Positions 1 to 10,323 of a DNA stretch of 64,000 nt are shown here, piece by piece. Every line of letters begins with the position of its first letter. The first letter of the stretch is position 1. Source of the stretch: Candidatus Multivoradales bacterium. GTDB taxonomy: Bacteria > Acidobacteriota > Thermoanaerobaculia > Multivoradales > JAHEKO01. The notes under the pieces are model-generated. The model had not been told where the DNA came from and did not search any database. It saw only the letters and a list, made by a program, of their open reading frames with translations. The translations under genes were made by a program, and so were the position numbers. Where the stretch lies: positions 64,001 through 128,000 of the forward strand of contig CBDCVR010000014.1 of NCBI GenBank assembly GCA_965223155.1. Direction: 5' to 3'.

Positions 1-644
1 TACCAGGCATCGAGAGTTAAATCGGGACGGGTCTGTTTGACCTGTTCGTAGCGCCGCTCATGCTGCGCGCTTTTCAAGACGCCTAGACAAATCGTGTTCA
101 CCAAAATATTTTCCGGCGCGTACTCCGTGGCCATCGATTTGGTCAGGTTAATGCCGGCGGCGCGGCTCACCGAGGTGGGAACCCGTTTTTGCCCCGGAGC
201 CTTGCCAGCGCCTGTGGTCATATTGATAATGCGGCCGCCGCCGCGTTGGCGCATGTGCGGGATCACTGCTTTGGAGCAATAAATTGTGCCAAACAATTTG
301 ATTTCAATATCTTCGCGCCAGGTTTCCTCGGTGGCTTCCAAAAAGGGAAAGGCGCGCGAGCCGCCCGCGTTGTTGACCAAAATATCGATGCCGCCAAAGC
401 GCTCCACCGTTTTTTGCACCAATTCCTGCACTTGGGCCTCACTGCAGACATCGACCGGCATGGCCAGCACTTCCTTGCCGGTTTTGGCCTTGATCTCGTC
501 GGCGGCTTTTTGCAATACATCATGGCGCCGGGCGCAGATGGCGACCTCCGCCCCTTCTTCGCACAAGCGCAACGCCGACGCCTTGCCGATGCCCTCGCTG
601 CCGCCGGTAATAATCGCCACTTTTCCCGTCAGTCCCAAATCCAT
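1..644 (-). CDS. SDR-family oxidoreductase, runs off window start, atypical active site
   Basis: Hand translation (not in ORF track): MDLGLTGKVAIITGGSEGIGK (TGxxxGIG), ILVNNAGG; TSVSR sits where YxxxK is expected; frame is open to the window edge. Confidence 0.9.
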   Translation of the reverse strand, partial: MDLGLTGKVAIITGGSEGIGKASALRLCEEGAEVAICARRHDVLQKAADEIKAKTGKEVLAMPVDVCSEAQVQELVQKTVERFGGIDILVNNAGGSRAFPFLEATEETWREDIEIKLFGTIYCSKAVIPHMRQRGGGRIINMTTGAGKAPGQKRVPTSVSRAAGINLTKSMATEYAPENILVNTICLGVLKSAQHERRYEQVKQTRPDLTLDAW

Positions 645-786
645 CGCTGCTCTCCCCTCCGTCAGGTAATACTGCGTTTGCCGTCATTATGTCTAGCGTC
701 AGTTCTAGCGCACTTTGGCTGTCGGGTCAATGGCCGCCTAGCTTCGTTTGAGAACAGATCGCATTAGCAGTCAGTCGGGAGGAAGA

Positions 787-2460
787 TTACGTTAGCCTAT
801 CTTGGAACACGTTTTCGCGCAGATGCTCGGCCAAACGAATGGCGAGGGCCACAATGGTAAACGTCGGATTGGCGCAACCGCTGCTGGGAAAGACTGACGA
901 ACCGGCCATGTAGACGTTGTCGACGCTATGCAGCCGGCCATCCGGCGTCACCACGGAGGTGGCGGGATCGGCGCCCATGCGGGTGGTTCCTATATGGTGC
1001 GAGGCGTCGTAGGTAATCGGCCAGGGCTCACACGTTTCCAACTCGCTGGCGAGTTCCCCAAGACCCATGTCGCGGACTTCCGTCGCCAGGGTTTGGTGCA
1101 AGGCGATGAGCGACTGGCGGTCTAGCACTGTGGTTTGATGATAGACGTGCGGTATCGGTTGGCCGTACGCATCCGTTTTGTCGCTGAGCGTCACGCGATT
1201 TTCCGGCGCCGGCTCCATTTCCATAAAATTGCGCATGCGAATGGTATGAATGGCGGGATGCGCGCCCTCTCGCAGCCGCGCCATGACATAGCGCAGCACC
1301 ATGGGAAAATTGGCGGCGATGGCGACAAAGAGCCCGAGCCAATCCAGCCAAGTTTTGCGATCGTTTTGCAACTCGGTGTCGTCGCCCGTCTCAGCGTAGT
1401 CCCGCAGGGAGACGATGCGCTCTTTGGCCCGCGCCTTCCAGCGCTCTAACAGCACGGCGCTGCGCTTCACTAAGAAAATCAGGGACTCCACCCCACGGTT
1501 GTCCGACCACGGAAACAGCGGCTCAAAGCGCACGTACGAGTTCAGACAACCCTTCTCTATCTGGGCGCGGTCTTTGAAACGGATGCCGCCATAGCCGGCG
1601 TAGCCCTGAAACAGACAGCCGAAATAATACGGCAATTCGTGCAGGGGTTCTTTGAGATGGATCAAGCCATAGGGGTCTTTGGGGTGATTCATGAAATAGC
1701 GGCCGACCTGATCGTGCTCGTTGCCCAGTCCCTGCGGACACGCATCGCGGGAATTGAGCAGGATTCTGGCGTTTTCAATGCCGCCGGCAGCGATGATAAA
1801 CACCGTGGCGGTCACCGCGCCATGGTAGCCCGAACTGCTGCGCACCACGCCGCGCGCGATGCGTTGCGCTGAGTCGCCAGCTTCGAGCCGGGTGAGCGTG
1901 GCGTCGAGATAGAGATCGACGCCCGGTTGGGAAAAGATGGCGCGAAACATGCGGCCGAAATGCTGAGGATTGGCCGCGGCGAGAAAGGTTTTTTCTTCAA
2001 GAGCCGTCCACGCCAAGCCGCGGTCGTCTCCCGCTTTCACCTCGCTAAAGCCGTCGGGTTCAAACAGTTTGAGCGGGGCGAAGCCGTAGTCCTGCGTCGC
2101 CTTTTCGTAGTAGGGCAGCAGCTCATCGCGCGACAGCGGCCAACCCGAGTGGCGCAGAAACGGCCGGGGCTGAAAATCGATGGGATCGAGCGGGCTCGCT
2201 AGCCCGGACCAGGTGGTCGACGCCCCGCCCAAGACGCGTTCGCGCGAGTAGTCCTTGATGCGAATCCCGTCGCTGTTGACCTGGCGCAATTGATCGCCGT
2301 GTTTGCTGAATTTGAGCTGACCGCTCTCCAGCACGCAGATGCGCAAGCCCGAAGCGGCCAGTTCATTGGCCACGGTGAGGCCGGCCGGTCCCGACCCGAC
2401 GATACAGAGGTCGTAGACCGGTAACAGATCGGTTTTCGCTTTGCCCAGGTCGATAATCAT
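787..2460 (-). CDS. GMC-family FAD oxidoreductase
   Basis: IVGSGPAG FAD motif, LGGASTTW, VGRYFMNHP, HHIGTTRMG, ANPTFTIVAL; start set at MIIDL. Confidence 0.9.
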   Translation of the reverse strand: MIIDLGKAKTDLLPVYDLCIVGSGPAGLTVANELAASGLRICVLESGQLKFSKHGDQLRQVNSDGIRIKDYSRERVLGGASTTWSGLASPLDPIDFQPRPFLRHSGWPLSRDELLPYYEKATQDYGFAPLKLFEPDGFSEVKAGDDRGLAWTALEEKTFLAAANPQHFGRMFRAIFSQPGVDLYLDATLTRLEAGDSAQRIARGVVRSSSGYHGAVTATVFIIAAGGIENARILLNSRDACPQGLGNEHDQVGRYFMNHPKDPYGLIHLKEPLHELPYYFGCLFQGYAGYGGIRFKDRAQIEKGCLNSYVRFEPLFPWSDNRGVESLIFLVKRSAVLLERWKARAKERIVSLRDYAETGDDTELQNDRKTWLDWLGLFVAIAANFPMVLRYVMARLREGAHPAIHTIRMRNFMEMEPAPENRVTLSDKTDAYGQPIPHVYHQTTVLDRQSLIALHQTLATEVRDMGLGELASELETCEPWPITYDASHHIGTTRMGADPATSVVTPDGRLHSVDNVYMAGSSVFPSSGCANPTFTIVALAIRLAEHLRENVFQDRLT

Positions 2461-2527
2461 AGCAGCCCATTCGCACATAGAGGTGATCGCGGTTTTCACT
2501 CAAAAGTGTAATGGACAACCCCCCGGC

Positions 2528-3295
2528 TTACAACGCCGCGTCGACGCGGCGGCGAAAATCCTCCGCCCCGAGTCGCAGCAATCCCAAGGCCGAAATGGTG
2601 ACAAAATTGGCGCCGAGTTTAATGAACTCGGCCACCCCGGCCGCATCCGCTGGCGAATTGCCGCCGACGCCGACGTTGCGGCCGCCGGCCCGGATGCGCG
2701 GAATCACCTGGCGCATGACATCTCGCACTTTTTCCGGCCCTGGATTACCCATGCTTTGCCCTAAATCGCCGGAGGCGACGTGCAACACATCGACGCCCGC
2801 GACGCTGAGAATGTCATCCAGGTTATCCACCGCCGTGGTTTCCTCCACCATGGGAATGACCAACAATTGCTCGTTGATCCAGCGCGACGATTCGGCCCGC
2901 GTCACGCCGACATTGTAGTCGTGCGGCCGCCCGCCGCCGGCGCCGCGATGGCCCTCGGGCGCGTAGCGCGCCGCCCGCGCCACTGCATCAGCCGCGTCGC
3001 GCGTGTTAACGTGCGGCACAATAATGCCTTGCACGCCGCGATCGAGATAGCGCAGAATGGTCGAATCCTCATGATTGGGCACGCGGGTAATAGGCGTAAT
3101 GCCGAACACCTCCGCGGCGCGCACCATGTGTTCGACATGGTCGATATCCATGGCGCCGTGCTCGCAGTCGATCATGACGAAATCGTAGCCAATAGCGCCA
3201 AAGAGTTCGACGAGATCGGGGGCGTAACGGCTGATTATGGCGCCAAAAACAACTTGGCCGTCCGCTAATTTGGCTTTTGTGCGATTGGTTTGCAT
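2528..3295 (-). CDS. HpcH/HpaI aldolase family protein
   Basis: GYDFVMIDCEHG, LDRGVQGIIVPHV, PMVEE, GDLGQSMG. Confidence 0.9.
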   Translation of the reverse strand: MQTNRTKAKLADGQVVFGAIISRYAPDLVELFGAIGYDFVMIDCEHGAMDIDHVEHMVRAAEVFGITPITRVPNHEDSTILRYLDRGVQGIIVPHVNTRDAADAVARAARYAPEGHRGAGGGRPHDYNVGVTRAESSRWINEQLLVIPMVEETTAVDNLDDILSVAGVDVLHVASGDLGQSMGNPGPEKVRDVMRQVIPRIRAGGRNVGVGGNSPADAAGVAEFIKLGANFVTISALGLLRLGAEDFRRRVDAAL

Positions 3296-3397
3296 ACGAG
3301 TCTGTTGACCTCCCTGTCCGGGTTGCATATCATGCGCCGCTTGTGAGCGCGTCCCTTATTTACCACGCAGCAAGGTGTATATACAACTGGGAATTCC

Positions 3398-3406
3398 TGC
3401 TATACT
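3398..3406 (+). promoter_or_regulatory. Putative extended -10 promoter
   Basis: TGcTATACT about 40 nt upstream of the 3449 start. Confidence 0.45.
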
Positions 3407-3448
3407 GGGGCGTCTAAAGTGATTTATCTGACGGGTCAAAGGAGTTTC

Positions 3449-3985
3449 ATGCTGGGTGTGATTGGTGTGGTATGGGGTCTTGGCGGCGTGGTGTTCATGC
3501 TGGGCTACGCCGTCGTGCGTCTATTTCCGGTGACGATGGCGGCGTTCGAGCAGCCCTTGCAGTGGTATCACTGGGTGTTCTTACTCGGCTTTGTCGCGTT
3601 TATGGCCTACTCGGAAGGCTATCGAGGCTTTCAACAGGCGTTTTCGCCGCGCGTAGCGGCGCGCTTAAAATATTTGTACGACTACCCGAGACTTCGGCAT
3701 GTGGCGCTGAGTCCATTGTTTTGCATGGGCTATTTTTACATCCAAAGGCGTCGCCGCATCGTGATATATACCATCACCTGCAGCATTATCGCCCTAATCG
3801 TCGCGGTGAGATTTCTGGCGCAGCCCTGGCGCGGCATGATCGACGCCGGTGTGTTGGTGGGCTTGACATGGGGGCTTGTCACGGTGCTGGTGAGCACGCA
3901 ACAAGCCTTTCGCGCCACGCCTGCCAAGCCCTTTCCATATACGCCGGAAGTACCCGATGACGCCCCAGGGGTCAGACCGTCGTGA
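3449..3985 (+). CDS. Uncharacterised membrane protein (about 4 TM)
   Basis: AAGGAG RBS before ATG 3449; hydrophobic segments; YSEGYRGFQQAFSPR loop. Confidence 0.75.
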   Translation: MLGVIGVVWGLGGVVFMLGYAVVRLFPVTMAAFEQPLQWYHWVFLLGFVAFMAYSEGYRGFQQAFSPRVAARLKYLYDYPRLRHVALSPLFCMGYFYIQRRRRIVIYTITCSIIALIVAVRFLAQPWRGMIDAGVLVGLTWGLVTVLVSTQQAFRATPAKPFPYTPEVPDDAPGVRPS

Positions 3986-5591
3986 TCAGGCTCGGCTGGT
4001 AGAGTTCCCGAGACTCCAGACCCAGTAAATGGAGGGCGGTATTGGCGATATTGGCCAGGGTCGGCGTCCCCTCCCGCCGCAGTTGATAGTGGCTATGACC
4101 GGCGGGATCGTAGAGATACAGCGGCACCGGGCTCAGGGTGTGGGCGGTTTTGGGGCTGAGTTGCGCGCTGAGGGATTCCCATTGCTCCCAACCCTCTTGC
4201 TTGCCATCAAACATCTCGTCGCAGTTGCCGTGATCGGCAGTGATGAGCAAAATGGTGTTAGATTGCTGCGCGGCGCGCACCAGCTTGCGCAGCATCCAGT
4301 CAATCGTCTGCACCGCGATCACCGAGGCTTCTAAATCTCCCGTGTGCCCAACCATATCGCCGTTGGCGTAATTGATGCGGCCGAAGTCAAAACTGCCGCT
4401 GAGCATGCGCTGCACGGTGGCGTCGGTAATTTCGCTTGCCTTCATCCACGGGCGCTGATCAAAGCTAATGCCTTCGTCCGAGGGAATTTGCACGTATTCC
4501 TCTAACGCCTTGTCGATATAGCCCGAGCGGTTGCCATTCCAAAAATAGGTGACATGCCCGAACTTTTGCGTTTCACTGCAGGCGAACTGACGCAGCTTGT
4601 TTTCGACCAAATACTCGCTCAGGGTATGGTCGATTTGGGGCGGCGAAACGAGGTATTTATTGGGGATTTTGAGATCGCCGTCGTATTCCATCATGCCCGC
4701 GTAATAGACGTCCGGCACGCGGACGCGATCGATTTGCGGCAAGTCCGGTTCGCAAAACGCGCGCGAAATTTCCATGCCCCGGTCGCCGCGGAAGTTGAAG
4801 AAAATGACGCCGTCGCCGTCGTGAATCGGCCCCACGGGATTGCCGTCCGCATCGGCGATGACAAACTCGGGCAAGTACTGATCCGTAAGGCTGGCGTCCT
4901 TGCGAAATTCCTGCAGCGCCGCGCCTAGGGAGGGAAAGCGTTGCCCCTCGCCGAGGACGTGCACGCGCCAGCCGCGCTCCACCATGCCCCAATCGGCCTC
5001 GTAGCGGTCCATGGTAATGCGCATACGCCCACCGCCTGAGGCGGGCTGTACATCAAAGCTGTCGGCGCGCAACTGCGACAGAATTTTTTCCAAGTGTTCG
5101 ACGTAAATCTCCGCCGATTTTTCGCCTACATCGCGGCCGTCGAACAACACGTGAATGCGCACTTTGCGCACGCCGTCCTGCTTGGCCTGCGCCAGCATCT
5201 TATGCAAATGATTCTCGTGCGAATGCACATTGCCGTCGGAAAGCAGGCCGAGAAAGTGCAGCGTGCTGTCGTTTTCCCGCACCTGACGCACCATGTCGCG
5301 CCAGGTATTGTCCGCAAATATACTGCCGGATTCGATGGCGTTGTTGACCAGTTTGGCGCCCTGATCAAAGACGCGGCCGGCGCCGAGAGCGTTGTGCCCG
5401 ACTTCGCTATTGCCGATATCCGAGTCGCTCGGCAAGCCCACGGCCGTGCCGTGCGCCTGCAGAGTGGTATAGAGCCCGTTGGTTTTGAGCCAATGCATCG
5501 TCGGCGTCCAGGCCAAGCTCACGGCGTTGCCGTAGCGCTCCTCTCGTTCGCCGACGCCGTCCATGACCACGACTAGCACGCGTTTATCCAT
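3972..5591 (-). CDS. gpmI: 2,3-bisphosphoglycerate-independent phosphoglycerate mutase
   Basis: VVMDGVG, GNSEVGHN, LSDGNVHSH, NFRGDR, NGDMVGHTG, ITADHGN. Confidence 0.95.
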   Translation of the reverse strand: MDKRVLVVVMDGVGEREERYGNAVSLAWTPTMHWLKTNGLYTTLQAHGTAVGLPSDSDIGNSEVGHNALGAGRVFDQGAKLVNNAIESGSIFADNTWRDMVRQVRENDSTLHFLGLLSDGNVHSHENHLHKMLAQAKQDGVRKVRIHVLFDGRDVGEKSAEIYVEHLEKILSQLRADSFDVQPASGGGRMRITMDRYEADWGMVERGWRVHVLGEGQRFPSLGAALQEFRKDASLTDQYLPEFVIADADGNPVGPIHDGDGVIFFNFRGDRGMEISRAFCEPDLPQIDRVRVPDVYYAGMMEYDGDLKIPNKYLVSPPQIDHTLSEYLVENKLRQFACSETQKFGHVTYFWNGNRSGYIDKALEEYVQIPSDEGISFDQRPWMKASEITDATVQRMLSGSFDFGRINYANGDMVGHTGDLEASVIAVQTIDWMLRKLVRAAQQSNTILLITADHGNCDEMFDGKQEGWEQWESLSAQLSPKTAHTLSPVPLYLYDPAGHSHYQLRREGTPTLANIANTALHLLGLESRELYQPSLITTV

Positions 5592-5679
5592 GATATCCTC
5601 GATAGGTTATGATCATTGAATTTTGCAAACAGTATTGCGATTGCACTTAAATCTACCACGTTTGCCGGCGCCCTGCCGC

Positions 5680-6612
5680 CTAGCGGCGCATCATGCCAAA
5701 GCTAAATCCCGTCACCAAATGCTTCTGAATGAGCATGCCGAGGATCATCACCGGCACGGTGATCACGGTGCCAATGGCCGCCTGCGGGCCGTAGAGACGC
5801 CCCTCAACGGCGCTCTGAAATTTGTTGAGCAGCACCGGCAGGGTGGACACTTGCGGCTGCGTCAAGGTCAGCGCCAGTAGGAATTCGCTCCAATTCAAGA
5901 TGAAGATGAATAGGAAGGTCACGACCATCCCCGAGGCCACCAGGGGCAACACCACGCGACTGAGCGTGTACAGACGGCCCGCACCCATGAGTCGCGCGGC
6001 GTGTTCGAGTGTGTAGGGCACTTCATCAATAAAGCTCAGCATCATCCAGATGACAAACGGCAGCGTCGTCGCCACGTAGAGCAAGCCGAGGCCAATGTAG
6101 GTGTCGTACAGGCTGACGCGCACGCCTAATAAGAGCTGCGTGGTGTAGGGAATCAAGATGGCGTAATACATCAAAATTGGGATGGCGATGACAATCGGCG
6201 GCACCATGCGGATCATCAGCACCACGTAGCGAAAATTGCGCCCTCCGACATTGAAGCGGGAGATCGAATAGGCCAGGAACGTCCCGAGAAACAGCGCGAC
6301 GAACGAACTCGTCAGCGCAATGATGAGCGAATCGCCGACCGCCTTCCAAATGCTGTAGACCTGATCCGTGGCCTCGCGGCTCAGCGCCGCGCCGCGCGCG
6401 CCGACGGCGAAAATTTGCTTGTAGTTGTACAGCGTCGGTTGATGCGGCAGCCAGTGTGGCGGCCAACTCACCCACTCGCCGCTCCCTTTAAAGGACGTCG
6501 AGATCATCCAGAAGGTGGGAAACAGCACAATGGCGGCCCAGAGAATCAGGATGGCGTGGCGCGCATAGCCAAAAAGACGGCGGCGCTTGGCCAGTGAACG
6601 TGTGGACGCCAT
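5680..6612 (-). CDS. Carbohydrate ABC transporter permease (MalG-like)
   Basis: EAA-like loop LEHAARLMGA, FILNWSEFL, multiple TM segments. Confidence 0.92.
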   Translation of the reverse strand: MASTRSLAKRRRLFGYARHAILILWAAIVLFPTFWMISTSFKGSGEWVSWPPHWLPHQPTLYNYKQIFAVGARGAALSREATDQVYSIWKAVGDSLIIALTSSFVALFLGTFLAYSISRFNVGGRNFRYVVLMIRMVPPIVIAIPILMYYAILIPYTTQLLLGVRVSLYDTYIGLGLLYVATTLPFVIWMMLSFIDEVPYTLEHAARLMGAGRLYTLSRVVLPLVASGMVVTFLFIFILNWSEFLLALTLTQPQVSTLPVLLNKFQSAVEGRLYGPQAAIGTVITVPVMILGMLIQKHLVTGFSFGMMRR

Positions 6613-7583
6613 TACGGACTCTCCCTTTGCTGCAACAGGGCGCGCTCTCGCACCAGCAGGTAGATGCCAGCGTAAATCAGCGCGGCAAAGAGCAGCAACA
6701 GCAGCACGGACGCCGCTGCGCCAAAGCTGTATTTATTGAATTGCCACACCTGTCGCCACAGGAAAAACGCGATGGTCTGGGTGGCTTCGCCTGGGCCGCC
6801 AAAGGTAAGCAGCACCGCCTGATCAAAGAGCTTGAGGGCCTCCATCGAGCGAATGACCACAGCAACGATAATCGCGGGCTTGAGCAGCGGCAGTTGCACG
6901 CGCCAGAAAATCTGCCAGGGGCTGGCGCCCATGATGCGCGCCGCATGAATCAGATCGCGCGGCAAGGCGGAAAATCCCGACAGGAAAATGAGAAAGGTGA
7001 GCGACGTCCACTGCCACACGTCGGCCAAGATGATCGCCCACTGCGCCGCAACGGGGTGGGAGAGCCAGCGAATGCGCGGATCGACACCGAGCGCGTTCAA
7101 AAGCGGCGACAGCATCTGATTGAGCGGCCCTGAGTCGATGTAAATCATCGAAAAGTTGTAGCCCACCACGACCGGCACCACCATCATGGGGATGAGAAAA
7201 ATCGTGATGTAGACCCGGCGGCCGCGAAATTCTTGATGCGCCAACATAGCCAGGCAAAAGCCCAACACCAATTCGAGGCCCACCGCCACGCCCGCGAGGT
7301 AGAAGGTGCGGCCCAAGGCCCACCAAAACTCCGGCTCGCTCAGCACGCGGACGTAATTCACCAAGCCCTGAAAATAGGCTTGCTCGAAAGGCCGATTGGC
7401 GCGCCATTTCAACAGGCTGATGTACACCGTCAGCACAAACGGCAGCGCCAGGAGCAGCAAAAAGAACCCCTCGACCAGCACAAACGGAATGAGCCGAAAG
7501 ACCCGTTCCTGCGCGAGCCAGCCGAGCAGTCCACGGTGCCGCCGCCTGGCGGCGGGAAGCGCAGGTCGACTTGCCGTCGCCAT
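6612..7583 (-). CDS. Carbohydrate ABC transporter permease (MalF-like)
   Basis: GLVNY, DVWQWT, LIHAARIMGAS, GGPGEAT. Confidence 0.92.
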   Translation of the reverse strand: MATASRPALPAARRRHRGLLGWLAQERVFRLIPFVLVEGFFLLLLALPFVLTVYISLLKWRANRPFEQAYFQGLVNYVRVLSEPEFWWALGRTFYLAGVAVGLELVLGFCLAMLAHQEFRGRRVYITIFLIPMMVVPVVVGYNFSMIYIDSGPLNQMLSPLLNALGVDPRIRWLSHPVAAQWAIILADVWQWTSLTFLIFLSGFSALPRDLIHAARIMGASPWQIFWRVQLPLLKPAIIVAVVIRSMEALKLFDQAVLLTFGGPGEATQTIAFFLWRQVWQFNKYSFGAAASVLLLLLFAALIYAGIYLLVRERALLQQRESP

Positions 7584-7603
7584 CTGAGAGCTACCCCCTG
7601 ACC

Positions 7604-9073
7604 CTAGAATTGGTCGATATAGGCGCCGCTCGCCACGCCGCTGCGCCAGGCTTTAATCTGGGTCTTGCGCCCGATGTCCTCGGTGATCCTGTTCCAGCCG
7701 CTCTCAATGTTTTTAGCCGCGTCTTCCGCCGACATGTTGCCCTGCATCACCTGGGCGAGATTTTTGTCGAGCACATTGAAATACTCTTCATTGCCCTCCA
7801 GCATGAGCAGCGAAATGGCGTTTTTGGCATTGGCCATTGTCGTTTCGAGAAACTGTTTGCCGAATTTGGCGATCACCGCTTCGTTGGTCAGGTTCGACTG
7901 GCGCATCGGGTCCCAAAAGCCTTTACCGTCGGCAATGGCCTCATCACCCTTGGTCGGGCCTGTGAGCCACTGCAGGAAGTAGTAGGCCAATTCCGGGTGC
8001 TTGCTGTAGCGGCTGATCATATAGCTGGTGCCTGCAGCCTGCGGCGCGCGCCGCACCAACTTGCCGTCGATCTCGACACCAGGAATGACGCAACTGAGCT
8101 GGTGCCCCTGAATTTTGCTCTGGGGATTCTTGTTGCCATAGCCCACGATCGAGGGGAACGACATCACGGAAAACGCCTGGCCGCTGGCCCAAAAGGGGTA
8201 GATTTGCGGCGTGCCCCAACCCTGGATGTCGGGCGGCATGTACTGGACGATGGAGGTAAACGCCTTGATCGCCTCAACGCCGCGCGGGGTATTGACCTGT
8301 GGATTCATGTCCTTGTCGAAGAGCAGCCCGCCGAAGTACGCAGGGAAGTGGCGATAGGAAAAATTGATGGCCCGGTAACCCATGGCGCCGTAGAGGCCCT
8401 GCTCAAACGTCTTGCCCCAGCGCGTCGCGCCCTTTTCAGTGTGGAAAAAGCTGGCCATTTCCTCCCACTGCGCCATGGTGTCGGGACAGGCTAACTCGCG
8501 GCCGAATTTGGCCTTAAATTCCTCCTTCACGCCCGGCAAGTCGATGATGTCCTGGCGCAACACCAAAATGAGGTGATCGCCGTCGAGCAAGAGGAGATAG
8601 AGCTGATCATTATAGGATTGCTGCGCGCGCAGCGCCGGTTCAATGCCGGAAAAATCGGGTTTGCCCTTGGCGGCGTACTCGTCCATCGGCACGATAACGC
8701 CCGCGCCCGCCGCATCAGGAACGACATACGGAAATTGGTTGAAGATGTCGTACTGCCCCGTCTTGGCCACCGCCTCGGCCATGATCTTGGCCGGGATATC
8801 GGTGTAGCCGTACTCCACGAACTTCATTTTCACCCCGGTCAGCTCTTCCCACTGCTGAGCGTACTTGGGCATAGAGTTTTTAAAGAGCGAGATGAGCAAC
8901 ATGGTGAGCGATGGATCTTCTAGATTGTTCTCCTCAATATAAGCCTTGGCGCCGTTGATGGCGCGCTCTTCCACTGTGTCGCCGGGCAACGTTTGCGCCC
9001 CTGCCGCCGACAGCATGAGGCCGACACTGCAACACATAACGAGGATCGCGAATCCGATGCGTTGTAACTTCAT
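7604..9073 (-). CDS. Sugar ABC transporter substrate-binding protein
   Basis: Signal peptide MKLQRIG..AAGA after AGAAAGGG RBS; SKHPELAYYFLQWLT; operon context. Confidence 0.88.
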   Translation of the reverse strand: MKLQRIGFAILVMCCSVGLMLSAAGAQTLPGDTVEERAINGAKAYIEENNLEDPSLTMLLISLFKNSMPKYAQQWEELTGVKMKFVEYGYTDIPAKIMAEAVAKTGQYDIFNQFPYVVPDAAGAGVIVPMDEYAAKGKPDFSGIEPALRAQQSYNDQLYLLLLDGDHLILVLRQDIIDLPGVKEEFKAKFGRELACPDTMAQWEEMASFFHTEKGATRWGKTFEQGLYGAMGYRAINFSYRHFPAYFGGLLFDKDMNPQVNTPRGVEAIKAFTSIVQYMPPDIQGWGTPQIYPFWASGQAFSVMSFPSIVGYGNKNPQSKIQGHQLSCVIPGVEIDGKLVRRAPQAAGTSYMISRYSKHPELAYYFLQWLTGPTKGDEAIADGKGFWDPMRQSNLTNEAVIAKFGKQFLETTMANAKNAISLLMLEGNEEYFNVLDKNLAQVMQGNMSAEDAAKNIESGWNRITEDIGRKTQIKAWRSGVASGAYIDQF

Positions 9074-9107
9074 ATCTCTTCCCTTTCTGGCACTCTGGTT
9101 AACACGG

Positions 9108-10193
9108 TCATTCGATACGGGCGCCATCGTGGGCGTCAAAGAACAGGACGCCGCTGGGGTTGCAGGAAAAGTGAATAGCGTCGCCCGCGCGATAGGCGCA
9201 GTCGCCATCCGCTTTGGCGACGAGCGGCGCCTCGCCGCCGTAGTCGATAAACACCAAGGTGGCGTCGCCTAGGGGCTCGGTCAGCGCGACCCGCCCCGGC
9301 GCGCCGCTTGCGCCCAGAACGATATGTTCGGCGCGCACCCCGAGGTGGACGTCGCGTCCGGCCACGGCGCCAGAGGCCGCTTGCGCCCCTAGCTCCAGCG
9401 CCAACTGCGGGGCGCGAAACTCATAGCCCCCCTCGGAGCCCCCAGAGTCGTGAACCTGCCCCTGAATGGTGTTCATCGCCGGCATGCCAAAGAAGCTCGC
9501 AACAAATAAATTGGCTGGCTGCCGGTAGATTTCCAGCGGCGTGCCGAGCTGCTGGATGCGCCCGGCTTGCATCACCATGATGCGATCGGCCATGGTCATC
9601 GCCTCGGCCTGGTCGTGCGTCACGTACACGAACGTCGAGCCGAGCTGGTCGTGTAAGCCCTTGAGTTCCGTGCGCATCTCAACGCGCAACTTGGCGTCGA
9701 GGCTCGATAGCGGCTCATCCAACAGCAAGACGTCCGGATTGGTAATCGTCGTGCGGGCGAGGGCGACGCGCTGCGCTTCGCCGCCGGAGCACTGCGCCGG
9801 CTTGTTCGACAACAGGTGGGCGATGCGAAACGTTTCCGCCGCCTGCGCGACGCGTTGGCGCACTTGCGCCTGCGGAACTTTTTGCACCCGCAGGCCAAAG
9901 GCGATATTCTCAAACACGGTCATGTGGGGAAATAGGGCGAGATTCTGGAACACCATGCCCAGGCCGCGATCGCCGGGCTCGACGTCATTGACCACCTCGT
10001 CGCCAATGATGACCTGACCGCTGGTGGGCTGCTCCAGGCCGGAGATCATGTTCAGAGTCGTGGTCTTGCCGCACCCCGATGGACCGACGAAAATCATGAA
10101 TTCGCCGTCCGTAATGTCGAGGTTGACGCCCGCTACCGCCGTGACGTCGGGCGCAAAGGTTTTCACTAAATTTTCGAGCTTGATACGGGCCAC
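9108..10193 (-). CDS. Sugar ABC transporter ATP-binding protein (MalK-like)
   Basis: GPSGCGKT, CSGGEAQR, LLLDEPLS, YVTHDQ, C-terminal TOBE-like region. Confidence 0.95.
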   Translation of the reverse strand: MARIKLENLVKTFAPDVTAVAGVNLDITDGEFMIFVGPSGCGKTTTLNMISGLEQPTSGQVIIGDEVVNDVEPGDRGLGMVFQNLALFPHMTVFENIAFGLRVQKVPQAQVRQRVAQAAETFRIAHLLSNKPAQCSGGEAQRVALARTTITNPDVLLLDEPLSSLDAKLRVEMRTELKGLHDQLGSTFVYVTHDQAEAMTMADRIMVMQAGRIQQLGTPLEIYRQPANLFVASFFGMPAMNTIQGQVHDSGGSEGGYEFRAPQLALELGAQAASGAVAGRDVHLGVRAEHIVLGASGAPGRVALTEPLGDATLVFIDYGGEAPLVAKADGDCAYRAGDAIHFSCNPSGVLFFDAHDGARIE

Positions 10194-10323
10194 GCGCCCC
10201 TCTCTGGCTGCTATGACATCTTATGATTGCAAAGCCGGATGTCTTGGCGTTACAACTGTCTGAATGGCGCCACCATACGCGTGGCGATGCTTTCATGTCA
10301 AGATCAAATTGAGGAGCCTAACA

